NCBI GenBank assembly: GCA_963706285.1
Contig: CAVPLU010000010.1
Location: 96,001-160,000, forward strand
DNA from: Candidatus Bathyarchaeota archaeon
Lineage (GTDB): Archaea > Thermoproteota > Bathyarchaeia > 40CM-2-53-6
Length of the DNA: 64,000 nucleotides
Reading direction: 5' to 3'
This document shows, one piece after another, positions 29,634-41,283 of this stretch. Position 1 is the stretch's first letter, and every line of letters begins with the position of its first letter. The position numbers and the translations under genes are program-made. Under the pieces are notes generated by a model. It was given only the letters and a program-made list of their open reading frames with translations. It made no database searches and was not told where the DNA came from.

Positions 29634-29692
29634 TCGGTTAGTTGGATGATATCGCTAAATGAGATGAAACACAACAGTAGGCAACTGATCGA
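29634..29692 (+). ncRNA. Candidate ~59-nt small RNA (C/D- or K-loop-like)
   Basis: 11-bp terminal stem TCGGTTAGTTG/CAACTGATCGA with two G-U pairs; internal TGGATGA, ATGA, GATGA, CTGA; TATA-like CTTATA about 25 bp upstream. Confidence 0.35.
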
Positions 29693-29753
29693 GTGCACAA
29701 CAAGAATCGAGCAGATGCTAGTTCAGATAGCCGCTGCTGGATCCTGACTTTTC

Positions 29754-30749
29754 TTAGAGCAGGAAACGTCCGTTTTCCATCAGTTTCCTGTCGTCCACCC
29801 ATAGAGTTGCATCCTTCAGGATCGCGTCCACGTGAGTTCGCGACTCCCAATCTGCTCCCGTCTCATCAGTGTACGGATCACCGAAGGCGACATGCACACA
29901 TGGAAACTTCTCGTCCTGAAGTAAGTTACCGATAAGTTTCGTTAATGATGTGTTTGTCCCAATAGCAAACTCGCCAAGTCTGTTGCTGTTCTTGTCTGTC
30001 TGCAAGTATCTTGCGAACTCTTCCTGCAATTCACCGTTCGAGCATCTGACTGTGGAAATGTCGGCTCGGGAATCTCGCACATCTATCGTTACAGGCGATC
30101 GTTCTAGGACGCCGTACTTGTCGCTGAACCAGTCGCCTAGTTCGTTAGCAACAACCGTTCCTTGAGCCTTCCAGGCAGCTGTGAAGATTTCACCGTCAGG
30201 GAGGTTTCCCCACTGTCCCTTTTTCCGGAATATTCCATCTGAAATCTTCCATCTCCATTGAGGATGAAATTCCACTGTTAAGTCGGATCCTGCTGGAGTA
30301 GTGACGCGTGCTCTCTTGGCTTTCGCCACCGCATAGTGAACTTGCTTGGTGAGTTCAGAAATCTGCTCATAGTCAGCGCACATTCCTTCTTCCATTAGTT
30401 GCTCGTTTACAGATGGCATGTGGCCGTGTCGTGCATGCTCCTTGGCGAGTTTGATGAATGGCATTCTTAGGCCCAATTCGCCACGGATGCTTCGCGCAGC
30501 GTAGAATGTCACGTTCGCCCATCGAATAGATTCCTCTAGCGGCTTTGGAAGTGAAGTCAAAGGTCGCTTGCCAAAGTCCTCAAGAAATGTGATCTTCACG
30601 TTGTGTGGGGTAATTTTCTCAGCTGCACCCTTGAGCGCCTCCCCGATCTTTCGTGTAAAAGAATCCGTTACTATGAACACGTGCTCGTCTGGTCTAACGC
30701 CCATGCAGACCTCAACTGCCACACGGGCGCCTTCCTCAACCGTACCCAA
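29754..30749 (-). CDS. M29-family aminopeptidase (AmpS/PepS-like)
   Basis: GNLPDGEIF, LGEFAIGTN, LQDEK..CVHVAFG, HVD. Confidence 0.88.
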   Translation of the reverse strand: MGTVEEGARVAVEVCMGVRPDEHVFIVTDSFTRKIGEALKGAAEKITPHNVKITFLEDFGKRPLTSLPKPLEESIRWANVTFYAARSIRGELGLRMPFIKLAKEHARHGHMPSVNEQLMEEGMCADYEQISELTKQVHYAVAKAKRARVTTPAGSDLTVEFHPQWRWKISDGIFRKKGQWGNLPDGEIFTAAWKAQGTVVANELGDWFSDKYGVLERSPVTIDVRDSRADISTVRCSNGELQEEFARYLQTDKNSNRLGEFAIGTNTSLTKLIGNLLQDEKFPCVHVAFGDPYTDETGADWESRTHVDAILKDATLWVDDRKLMENGRFLL

Positions 30750-30887
30750 GAGAGGATCACGAACTTTTGATGAAGAGAAAGAGCGTATTAACGCTTCGCG
30801 AGTGCACGAGTATTGTTCGATCCGATTTGATCGTATAGTTATATCTCATGGCGACTGAAACTCGTTTGAAACGGAGACTTCCCCATC

Positions 30888-31526
30888 TTGATTCCGCTTA
30901 AGCTCCTTGATGATGTGATGGCCCTGAAACGCGTTCCGAGAAGCGGATGGATAACATACAGAATCAGCAAGTACGATGTTGAGCCCGTTTCTTCGCATAC
31001 CTATTCAGTCGCCGTGATCGCGTTTGTAATGTCAGAGACTGTCCGACTGACGAATCGAGAAATCGATATGGAGAAAGTGCTGAAGATGGCACTACTTCAC
31101 GATCTATCCGAGTCCATGACCTTCGATATCAGCAAAGCCTACCTCCGATACCTCGGTAGAAACGGCGAGAAAATCAAGAGACATCTTGAGCGGAAGGCGA
31201 TCTCTCGCATTTTAGCAGACATCAACAATAGGCGACTAGCTAAGACTCTTAGAGTCACTGTTGAGGAATACGATTCCGCGAGGTCGCTAGAGGCGAAGAT
31301 AGTTCACTGCGCCGACGCCATTGATCTTCTGCTTCAAGTGATCGAATATGAGAAAATGGGATACCCTAAGACCACTCTCAATCCGATCTGGAAAGAAACT
31401 CGATCAAAACTGACAAAATACAAATTCCCACTCGCTGATCAGTGGTCGCGTCAACTTGAGAAAGTCAGAACAGGACTCCACAGCAAGCGTGCATACAAGA
31501 AGTCTAGAGTCGCTACAGTCAGATGA
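30888..31526 (+). CDS. HD-domain hydrolase (YfbR/HDDC2-like 5'-deoxynucleotidase)
   Basis: LKRVPRSGW, EPVSSH, MALLHDLSE, EAKIVHCAD. Confidence 0.88.
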   Translation: MIPLKLLDDVMALKRVPRSGWITYRISKYDVEPVSSHTYSVAVIAFVMSETVRLTNREIDMEKVLKMALLHDLSESMTFDISKAYLRYLGRNGEKIKRHLERKAISRILADINNRRLAKTLRVTVEEYDSARSLEAKIVHCADAIDLLLQVIEYEKMGYPKTTLNPIWKETRSKLTKYKFPLADQWSRQLEKVRTGLHSKRAYKKSRVATVR

Positions 31527-31962
31527 CGCGGATGTAGTCGTTTGAGACCTGGACTACTCCGACTTCAGGTTCAAGCGCCCATATCCCGAACTCGTTTATC
31601 TCCGGGTCCACAACCAGGGCAACGACAAACGGCGAGAACTGCAACAGCTTTCCATGCGTGGTCAAGTCCGTTTCTGACATGAATATGCCGTATCCTGGGT
31701 GAGAGTGATACCAACCCACAATTCTACCATCAAGCCTACCTCTCACTATATCATCCGCAACTTTAGCCAGCTTACCTGCGGAAAGCACGCATGACGTTTC
31801 CGAATCACCATCTCCACCCACGACGATCTCGTTGACCCATAGTCCGTCTTCGAGGAATGATCCGATGAGCAGTCCAATGCGCTCGTAGGGACGCCTCACA
31901 TCGGCCGAGATTCGATCTAGGACAATGCTTGCGATGTTGATGTTGAACAAGTCGATCGCCAT
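31519..31962 (-). CDS. JAB/MPN+ metalloprotease (Rpn11-like)
   Basis: ERIGLLIG...IVGWYHSHPGYGIFMSETD...ALVVDP. Confidence 0.88.
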   Translation of the reverse strand: MAIDLFNINIASIVLDRISADVRRPYERIGLLIGSFLEDGLWVNEIVVGGDGDSETSCVLSAGKLAKVADDIVRGRLDGRIVGWYHSHPGYGIFMSETDLTTHGKLLQFSPFVVALVVDPEINEFGIWALEPEVGVVQVSNDYIRVI

Positions 31963-32165
31963 CCCGGAGTGCCTGGCAATACGCTTCTATGGAAATAAGC
32001 CTTGACGCTCGGTACACGCATTTTCATGAAAAAGGGAGCGCGTCGGGTTTAAGATTCAGCTAAGAAGTGTCTAGGCATTAGAACAGGATGTTCCAACGCT
32101 TGGATTCATATCAAAGGCAGTGCAGTATTCTTGCGATCACACAACCCATGATGGAGGTGAATTGA

Positions 32166-32921
32166 ATGAGCGAAACTCAAGAGAAGCGGCTATTTGCACT
32201 TGTCTTGATCCTTGTCGTAGTCGTAGCTGTGCTTGCAGGCTTCGCAGTATATGCTTCATACACGAAGCCGGCGTTTGTATCTTCTCCAGTTGCGTCTGAG
32301 CAGAGGACGATCTCGGTGAGCGGCACTGGAGTCGTTTCTATGACTCCCGATATCGGCTGGTTCACGGCCTCCGTGGTAACACAAGCCGCAACTGCAGCTC
32401 AGGCTGAACAGCAAAACAACGATGCGATGTCGAAAGTCATTTCCGCACTCAGGCAAGCTGGAATCGTTGACAAAGACATACAGACGGTTGCCTTCTCGCT
32501 GACTCCGACATACCAAGATTCAAAGGATCCTACAAAGCCGCCAATACTCGTCGGCTACTCCGCGAGGCAGTCGATCAGTGTGACCGTCAGAGATGTAGCG
32601 GCGATCGGCAAGATGCTTGACATCGCGATCTCGAGCGGAGCAAACGAGATGGGCGGAATCTACTTCGGACTCTCCGACGCCAAGGCACAACAGGCACAAT
32701 CACAAGCACTCGACCTAGCCGTAAAGGATGCCAATAGCAAGGCCCAGGCAATTGCGAAGTCGGCCGGCGTCACGCTGGTTGGTCCAATCTCAATCAACCT
32801 AGGGTCCTCGTATCAACCTGTCAGAGTGGGCCTCGCAGAGGCCGCAGCACAACCGGCGCCTATCATGCCAGGACAGCTGCAATACACCATTAATGTTCAG
32901 ATCAACTACGCCTTCAGCTAG
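32166..32921 (+). CDS. SIMPL (DUF541) domain membrane-anchored protein
   Basis: RTISVSGTG, DIQT, SGAN, AVKDANSKA. Confidence 0.88.
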   Translation: MSETQEKRLFALVLILVVVVAVLAGFAVYASYTKPAFVSSPVASEQRTISVSGTGVVSMTPDIGWFTASVVTQAATAAQAEQQNNDAMSKVISALRQAGIVDKDIQTVAFSLTPTYQDSKDPTKPPILVGYSARQSISVTVRDVAAIGKMLDIAISSGANEMGGIYFGLSDAKAQQAQSQALDLAVKDANSKAQAIAKSAGVTLVGPISINLGSSYQPVRVGLAEAAAQPAPIMPGQLQYTINVQINYAFS

Positions 32922-33043
32922 ACGAGAATCAACCCTGATTTCTTCTCTGCGCAAGTTCTCGTAGCCGTTTCACTGGTCATCTGCACGAAGAGGGCAACCT
33001 TCATAATGCATGAGGACGATAAATCAAGCCTGAGGCATGTTCA

Positions 33044-33280
33044 ATGCCAATGGCCTTTGTTTTCATGAATATTGATGGAGGCGGCGAACAAGAAGTTCTG
33101 CAGCAACTTCGAAGCATTCCTAACGTCAAGGAATCATACATGGTCTACGGAGTATACGACCTCGTAGCGAAGGTTGAAGCTGACACCATGGACAAACTGA
33201 AAGAGATCGTTACATGGAAAGTACGTAGACTCGACAAGGTAAGATCAACCCTAACAACAATCGTGATGGAATCCGCATAA
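33044..33280 (+). CDS. Stand-alone Lrp/AsnC ligand-binding (RAM) domain protein
   Basis: AFVFMN...VKESYMVYGVYDLVAKV...VRSTLT. Confidence 0.88.
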   Translation: MPMAFVFMNIDGGGEQEVLQQLRSIPNVKESYMVYGVYDLVAKVEADTMDKLKEIVTWKVRRLDKVRSTLTTIVMESA

Positions 33281-33473
33281 CTCAGCCATCACTCGAACAA
33301 TCAGCGAACGAATAAGCAAGGACGCCTAGCAGACGATCGGCATCGTTTGAATACACTCCCCGAACCGTGGATTCTTGCAAGATCTGGAACTAGTCTCGCA
33401 AGCCATTGATACTATGATCAGATTGAAAAGTACCGTCGTTGAAGAACTTCTTCTTCAACCTTGAGGGAAGACT

Positions 33474-34013
33474 TTGACTGCAGGAACAAGTTCGAGACTG
33501 AGCGAATCTCCTAGCGTGTGGATGGCCACAATTCTCGTTATCATCTACGTGACTACTGGCATCTTAGCAGGGAACTTTCTAGAACCTGACCTCGGCGTTG
33601 TGTATCCATTTCTGCAAGTCAACGCCGAAGTTTGGCACGGGGCGATATGGATGCTCTTCACATCAATGTTCCTTCATGCAAACTTGCTGCATCTTGGAGG
33701 AAACGTGTTCTTTCTCCTTCTTTTTGGGACAGCATTGGAGGAGCAGGTTTCAGTGAATCGATGGATAATCACGTACTTCACAAGCGGCCTGGTGGGGAAC
33801 ATAGCATTTCTGTTTCTTGGCGGCGACGCTATCGGTGTCGGCGCATCAGGTGCCATCTGGGGACTCTTGGCAGCCGCGGGAGGAATCCGAGGACTCGTCG
33901 GGATGGTTTTCTACGGGGGACTTGACATTTTCGCGGGAGGAGGATTTCTAGCGCATGCAGGAGGTCTTGTCGCGGGGCTTGTTCTCAGGTTCTCTTGGCT
34001 GCGAAGGAAATGA
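33474..34013 (+). CDS. Rhomboid intramembrane protease
   Basis: TSMFLHANLLHLGGN, GASGAI, AHAGG. Confidence 0.9.
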   Translation: MTAGTSSRLSESPSVWMATILVIIYVTTGILAGNFLEPDLGVVYPFLQVNAEVWHGAIWMLFTSMFLHANLLHLGGNVFFLLLFGTALEEQVSVNRWIITYFTSGLVGNIAFLFLGGDAIGVGASGAIWGLLAAAGGIRGLVGMVFYGGLDIFAGGGFLAHAGGLVAGLVLRFSWLRRK

Positions 34014-34324
34014 GTGACCAGCCCGCGGTCCCGCTTTCTATATAGATCAAGACATCCGTGATTGCTGGACACGCTTTGTTTCTATCGCTCTTCAGCGTCG
34101 AAAGCAGTCAGGGGCGTCCGGCATTGGCCGATAGCTGGCGAAAACGTACAGAGAATATGTATCTACGGTGGGACGTAAGTTCGGTTTGTAAATAAAAGGG
34201 GTAGAGTAGTAAGGGGCGGTATATGTATGACAGTACGAAACATACTTCGATAGGCAGAATTCGAATTGATATCCAACGACCTCCAGAAGGATCGGCCACG
34301 GACGAGTTGAGCCCCACAGCTCAA

Positions 34325-34621
34325 ATGCTTGTGCCACCGAGTTCACCGGCTAGACCTGCACGGCGACCGATATCGGCTTCTCACGGATTGAAGCTTAGGG
34401 ACGTGGAGATCGTTATCCTTGAAGATAGATGCAAAGGCTGCTCATTCTGCATAGAGTTCTGCCCGAAAGCATGTTCTAGAGCAAGAGTACGAAGCTGAAC
34501 TTTAGAGGGGCTCATCCACCTCGAGTGAAGGACTCCGCCTCATGTGTTGGATGCGGAGTGTGTGAGGAAGTCTGCCCCGACTTCGCGATATTTCTCGGCT
34601 GAGAAGGGAGAGAGACGCTGA
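34325..34621 (+). CDS. korD: 2-oxoacid:ferredoxin oxidoreductase delta subunit (2x4Fe-4S), frameshifted
   Basis: CKGCSFCIEFCP and CVGCGVCEEVCPDFAI in different frames. Confidence 0.75.
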
Positions 34622-35760
34622 GAAGAGACGTTCCTGCTGGCACTTACTTCACACTTGGAGACGTAGCTTGCGCCGAAGGCGCTCTGGCAGCTGGTTGCAG
34701 GTTCTTCGCCGGTTACCCAATCACGCCAGCCACAGAGATCGCTGAACACATGTCAAGGAGACTTCCTGAAGTTGGCGGCGTCTTCCTGCAAATGGAAGAT
34801 GAGATCGCCTCAATGGCTGCGGTGATCGGCGCATCATATGCCGGCGTCAAATCGATGACAGCCACATCAGGCCCAGGCTTCAGCTTGATGCAAGAGAACA
34901 TTGGGCTCGCAGCCATGACAGAGACGCCATGCGTTGTGGTGGACGTGATGCGTGCCGGACCGAGCACAGGTCAACCCACCAAGACAGGTCAACAGGATGT
35001 CATGCAGGCAAAGTGGGGATCTCACGGAGACTACGAAATAATCGCGCTTGCTCCATCATCCGTCCAAGAGATGTTCGATCTCACCATTGAAGCATTCAAC
35101 CTCTCAGAGACGTACAGGTGCCCAACCTTCCTGATGACTGACGAGATCGTCGGGCACCTGATGGAGAGACTCGCAATACCAGAACCAGAGAAGATCCGAT
35201 TGATTGATCGCAAGAAGCCCAGCGCACAACCGTCCGAATACTTACCTTTCCGAGCAGGAAAAGATCTTGTTCCAGAAATGGCGACCTTTGGCGAAGGATA
35301 CAGATTCTATGCCACGGGGCTGACTCATGATGAGAGTGGTCACCCACAAACCGACGCCGCAGGAGTACCACGCCGCATTGGTGCAGAGAATCTGCGACAA
35401 GATCCGCAACAACACCAAACGACATCAACAAAGTCGAGCGAGTCTTTCTAGATGATGCTGACGTGTGCATTGTTGCCTACGGAAGCGTGGCGAGATCTGC
35501 ACTTGCCGCTGTGGTCGAAGGACGAGAGAGAGGACTGAAGATCGGCCTCCTGCGGCTGGTCACAATTTGGCCATTCCCAGACGAAGGCAGTTGAGCAAGT
35601 GGCTTCTCAAGTGGACAAGATCCTGGTGCCTGAGATGAACTACGGCCAGCTGGTTCGTGAAGTCGAGAGAAGCGCAGGCCGCGAGAAAGTAACGTCGCTT
35701 CCGAAACTGGGAGACGCACTTCACACCCCCGAGGAGATTCTGGCTCAAGCAGTCAACTAG
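34618..35760 (+). CDS. korA: 2-oxoacid:ferredoxin oxidoreductase alpha subunit, frameshifted
   Basis: FFAGYPITPATEI, QMEDEIAS, TATSGPGFSLMQE, later VAYGSVAR and PEMNYGQL. Confidence 0.88.
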
Positions 35761-35780
35761 ACGATGGGGGAACACGTGAA

Positions 35781-36630
35781 ATGTCAGCAGTTGAACACCC
35801 ACTTGACGACTACACAAGAAACGGGATGATCCCCCACATATGGTGTACCGGTTGTGGCAACGGCATCATACTCGGAGAATTCGCCAGAGCTTTGGACGAA
35901 CTCAAGTACGACAGGAACAAGATCGTTGTAGTGTCAGGAATTGGTTGCATAGGAAGAATCTCAGGATACACCAACACTGACTCATTTCACACGACACACG
36001 GTCGAGCATTAGCTTTCGCTGTAGGAGTGAAAGCCGCGAGACCGGACCTGAAGCCCGTTGTCATCAGTGGAGACGGCGACCTTTTCGCGATAGGAGGAAA
36101 TCATTTCATTCACGCCGCTAGACGGAACGTCGATATCACGGTAATCTGTTCCAACAACTTCAACTATGGCATGACTGGCGGCCAATCTGGCCCCACGACG
36201 CCGATCGGCGCATTCACAACAACAACTCGATACGGCAACATTGAACACCCATTCAATCTGGTTCACTTGGCCGCAGCCTCAGGAGCAGTCTATGTGGCAC
36301 GATGGACAGCAATTCATGTGAAACGTATCAGAGAATCCATGAAGAAAGCCATCAGCAAGAAAGGCTTCAGCTTCATAGAAATCATAACACCATGCCCAGA
36401 AGAATACGGGCGGAGAAACAAGATCGCAGACCCCGTTCTTGACATGAAGAGGCTGATAGAAATCAGCGAAGTCCGATCCTTCATCGATCCGATCAAGGCG
36501 AAGTCGGGCCTGACAAGATCATTGTCGGAGAATTCGTTGACATTGAGAAACCGGAGTTCAGCGATCTTCTGTGGGAGATAGAATCGATCAGTTCAGGCAG
36601 ACCTTGAGAAAGCAGGGAGGCGCACCAATG
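35781..36630 (+). CDS. korB: 2-oxoacid:ferredoxin oxidoreductase beta subunit, frameshifted at 3' end
   Basis: WCTGCG, SGIGC, HTTHGRA, GDGD...IGGNH, YGMTGGQ. Confidence 0.9.
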
Positions 36631-37194
36631 TCGCGCTTTGAGGTAAGAATAGCCGGTCAAGGCGGACAGGGAATCGTGACCGCCGGCGTGATGATTGGAA
36701 GAGCCGCCTCAGTATTCGGCGGAAAGAACGTTACCCTGACGCAATCCTACGGTCCCGAGTCAAGAGGAGGAGCCTCCAAAGTCGAAGTCATCGTCTCCGA
36801 CGAAAAGATACACTATCCAAAGATCCGCAAACCAAACGTGATTGCGATCATGTCACAGGAAGCCTATCAGGAAGAACCTCGAAGATTTGAACGGAAACGC
36901 AATCGTCATCCTCGACCCTGACATGGTACAAGAGGACCAACCAATCACGCCAAGAAAATCTACCGCGTGCCTGCTACACGCATCGCCGAGAGTCTTGGCA
37001 AGCGTATAGTCGCGAATATGGTGATGGTCGGCGCCATAATCGGCCTGACCAGACATGGTGGATACAGTCATCTGTCGAAAAGGCAATTGCCAGAGTATAC
37101 TCCGAGAGGCACGGAAGAACTGAACCTTAACGCCTTCAAGAACGGTCGCGAATACGCCCAAAAACTACTTCAAGAACAAGCGGTCACCGCGTAG
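36628..37194 (+). CDS. korC: 2-oxoacid:ferredoxin oxidoreductase gamma subunit, frameshifted
   Basis: [26 protein letters not shown]. Confidence 0.85.
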
Positions 37195-37231
37195 CAAGCA
37201 TGATAAGAGAGCAAGCCTCTCGCGCTCCGAC

Positions 37232-39741
37232 TTGGACTTGGACCAAGACGCAGGTTCCGGCAAGATTGGTGTCTACATCTGCCACTGCGGCCTAAACATA
37301 GCCGGGACGCTTGACTGCGAAAGCCTCACCAAGTATGCGTCAAGTCTTCCAAACGTGCTAGTAGCCCGCGATTACAGGTACATGTGCGCCGACCCAGGAC
37401 AGACCCTCATAAAGAAGGACATAAAGGAACTCGGCCTCAACAGAGTGGTCGTTGCCGCATGTTCACCACGAATGCATGAGCCAACCTTCCGGAAGTGCGT
37501 TTCTGAAGCCGGATTGAACCCGTACCTCTTTGAGATGGCTAACATTCGCGAACACTGTTCTTGGTGTCACCCTCACGCCGATGAAGTTGCCAATGAGAAA
37601 GCGAGAGACCTGATCGCGTCAGCAGTTGCGAAAGCCCGCCACCTCATGCCCCTTGAGGAGATAGAAGTTGGAGTAGAGCAGCGTGCACTGGTCATAGGAG
37701 GCGGCGTTTCGGGAATTCAAGCAGCGCTCGATCTTTCAGACATGGGATACGAAGTATATCTCGTTGAGAGAGAGCCGAGCATCGGCGGAAGAATGGCTCA
37801 GCTTGACAAGACCTTTCCAACATTGGATTGCTCGATCTGCATCCTAGGCCCGTTAATGGTGGATGTATCACGTAGGCCAAACGTGAAACTTCTCGCATGC
37901 TCGGAGGTCGAACGTGTCGACGGATACGTCGGAAATTTCCGAGTCACAGTGAACTCGCAGACCACAATATGTGGATTCAAGCAAATGCAATGCATGCGGC
38001 GAATGCGCCAAAGTCTGTCCGGTTGAGATTCCTAACGACTTTGAAGCTAGCCTCGGTTGGCGAAAGGCAATATACACGCCTTTCCCTCAAGCCGTCCCAT
38101 CCACATACGTACTGGACGACAAGAGCTGCCTCGGCCTCCTTCCACTCGCTTGCTCAAAATGCAAAGAGGCATGCGACAAATCCGGAGCTCAAGCCATCAA
38201 CTATGACGCACGTCCCGACACTCGTTGAATTCAAGGTTGGCACAATCATCGTAGCAACAGGCTACGACCTTCTAGACGCGTCAGCGATCAGAGAGTACGG
38301 ATACGGGATCTACCCGAACGTGATGACATGTCTTGAACTCGAGAGAATGATCAACGCGGCTGGACCGACCGGTGGAAAAGTCATTCGCCCATCAGATGAA
38401 AAGCCGCCGAAACGCGTAGCCTTCATCCAATGTGTCGGATCCAGAGATGAGAAACGAAGCGCGTACTGCTCGGGTTTCTGCTGCATGTACACGATAAAGA
38501 ACGCCGTCCTTCTCAAAGAACACTACCCGGACTTGGAGATTCACATCTTCTACGTGGACATGCGAACGAGCTTCAAAGGATACGAGGAATTCTACCGCAG
38601 AGCAAGAGAGATGGGAATCACATTCATACGCGGCAAACCAGCCGAACTCTCAGAAGACCCAACCACAAGCAACCTGGTCGTATACTCCGAGAACCAAATG
38701 ACTGGAAAAGCGATGACTCTCGAAGCCGACCTGGTTGTGCTTGCGCAGGCGGCAGTGCCTCGCGCTGGAACAGACAAGCTCACCAGAACACTGAACATTA
38801 TGAGAGACAGCTCAGGCTTTCTCCTAGAAGCTCACCCGAAACTGAAACCAATAGACACCGCAACAAGTGGAATATTCATCTGCGGCTCGGCTCAAGGGCC
38901 GAAAGATATACCGTTCAGCGTCGCCCAAGGAAGCGCCGCAGCAGCAAGAGCTGCACGAATCCTCTCCAAAGACAAATGGATGATCGAACCGATCGTAGCG
39001 TCAGTCTCAAGAGACCTCTGCATACGCGTTAGAGATCCAAAAGCCGAATGCGGAATCTGCGTCACCAGATGCGCATTCCAAGCAATCAGCGCGGAAAAAG
39101 GCCAAGCCGCCATCATCAATCCGGCGAAATGTCAGGGTTGCGGAACATGCGTTGCAGAATGCCCACACAACGCGATAACACAGATGCATTTCACAGACGA
39201 GCAGATACTCTCACAAATCCGCGAACTTCTACGAAACGAGCCTGAGAAGAAGATCTTAGCGTTCCTCTGCAACTGGTGCAGCTACGCTGGCGCCGATCTC
39301 GCTGGAACAAGCCGATTCGAGTACCCACCCAACGTGAGGACCGTCAGAGTCATGTGTTCAGGGAGAGTTGACAGAGACTTCATCACGTCCGCCTTCACGA
39401 TGGGTGCAGGCATGGTGCTTGTGTCTGGATGCAGACTCACCGAAATGGGAAACGACTGCCACTACATATCAGGCAACGTCTGGGCTAAGAAACGAGTTGA
39501 AACACTCAGACGAACGCTAGAAGCAACGGGAATAAGTGGAGAAAGGCTCAGGCTCGAATGGATCTCAGCAGCGGAAGGCCAGAAGTTCGCTGACCTCATA
39601 CGCGACATGAACGAGAAACTCAAAGCGCTAAGCCCCAAGCAAGGTTCGAGAAGAAAACGAAAGAGCAAGACCGAGACTCTAGAGAGGATGCTCGAACACT
39701 CAACACCATCTCAACAAACGATACCCGCGAAGATCGAGTAG
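37232..39741 (+). CDS. hdrA: Heterodisulfide reductase subunit A fused to C-terminal MvhD domain, frameshifted
   Basis: [53 protein letters not shown], then [12 protein letters not shown]...VMCSGRV...DCHY...LEWISAAEG (MvhD). Confidence 0.9.
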
Positions 39742-39753
39742 AACAAGGCGAAA

Positions 39754-40271
39754 TTGTTGAACGCCATCGAGAAACTGCAAACGCTCTCGGAAGATCGTAG
39801 ACTTACGCAAGAAACTCGCGGTCTGTTATCAATGCGGCATGTGTACAGGAGGCTGTCCGAGTAGCGCATGCGAGACCAGACTACAACCCTAGGCGCATAC
39901 TGGAGGCGATAATCCTTGGACAGTACGATGAGATTCTCTCTTCAGATCTCATCTGGCTTGTGCGCGTCCTGTCAATTCATGTTTGGAGAGGTGCCCACAA
40001 AAGATCGAGCTATCTGAACTTTTCATAGAATCTGAAGAACGCGGCTGCCGAGAACGGCAACATCCCCAGGCTGCTGCTAGAACGGGCGAAAAGAATTGCG
40101 GACACTGGGCAATCCACGCCGATTTCAAAGGCAAGTCTGGTTTGGAGAGAGAAACTAGGACTGGCGCCGCTCAGCCAAGTCAATGTTGAGGAAGTTCGCA
40201 CCCTGCTGGAGGCCACCAAGTTCCCAGGCTGGGTCGAGCGAAGGAGAGAGCAGCGTCAATGGAGCAAGTGA
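39754..40271 (+). CDS. hdrC: Heterodisulfide reductase subunit C, heavily frameshifted
   Basis: Fragments CYQCGMCTGGCP, YNPRRI, IWLC.SC..CLERCPQKI. Confidence 0.75.
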
Positions 40272-41157
40272 GCTAGATACGCGTGGTTCCCTGGCTGTTG
40301 GGTCTCCAACCGGATGCCCTACATTGAAGCTGCAGATAAGAAAGTGTCTCGAAGCATTCGGAATCGAGCTTGCTGAAATGAAAGGCGCACAATGCTGCCC
40401 CGAACCATACGCGGTCTTAGGGCTCGGCAGAGACGCATGGTTTGCATTAGCAGGCCGAAACCTCACAATAGCAGAAGAAATGAAACAAGACATCCTCACG
40501 CCATGCCCAGGATGCTACAACACTCTAAGAACAGCCCAGTCATGAGATGAGAGAGCGACGCGTCACAGCGGCAAAGAACTAACGATCTGCTCTCCAAGAT
40601 CGGTCGAGAACTACAAAGGACGAGTCGAAGGTGGAGCACACGGCCACTCTACTCCACAACAAGGTAGGGACTCGAAAGAGATCAAGCGGCGCAATCAAGC
40701 GGCCGCTAGTAGGTCTCAAAGTGGCGACTCACTACGGATGTCATCTCTCTGCGACCAAGCAGAATAACAGGCATCGAAGATTCGGAAAGACCAGTATTCC
40801 TTGATCAATCTGGTCGAGATCACGGGTGCGACGAGTGTGCCATACATGAGGAAGACATTGTGCTGCGGTGGCCCCATAAGCTCCGTAGATGAGAACACCT
40901 CATACGCAATAGCTCGAGAGAAACTCCTCAAAGTCAAACAGGCTGGCGCAGATTGCCTTGTCGTGGCATGCCCAGCTTGCATGATACAATACGACACAAA
41001 CCAACGATCAATCGAGAAAACTTTCAACGAGACCTACGAACTTCCAGTCCTGTATCACACAGAACTTCTATGCCTCGCAATGGGAATACCGACGGATCAG
41101 GACTCGGTTTTCCTCACCAAACGAAACTGGACAAGATCCTCGAGAAGCTCAAAATGA
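40259..41157 (+). CDS. hdrB: Heterodisulfide reductase subunit B, heavily frameshifted
   Basis: FPGC, AQCCP, TPCPGCYNTL, VATHYGCH, LCCGG, VVACPACMIQYD, LPVLYHTELL (CCG domains). Confidence 0.8.
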
Positions 41158-41283
41158 ATGCGCCTGAGGTTTCAGCAAGAACCTAATTTCATCATCATGC
41201 GAAGGTTCAGTCTCGTGAGGCTGAGATAGGCAATCCTTAAACCGACTGTTGTTGGATCGCCACGCCTTCGAAGGCACTGCTCG

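Noticed and set aside
37232-39741. Selenocysteine recoding in HdrA/MvhD
   Set aside because: The relevant positions are Cys codons (LDCSIC, CNWCSY, DCHY); the breaks are frameshifts, not in-frame TGA.
34325-41157. Programmed frameshifting or mass pseudogenisation of kor/hdr (also mbf1, argF, PUA)
   Set aside because: Indels are scattered, hit conserved housekeeping genes, show no common slippery motif and leave catalytic motifs intact; long-read consensus error is the simpler explanation.
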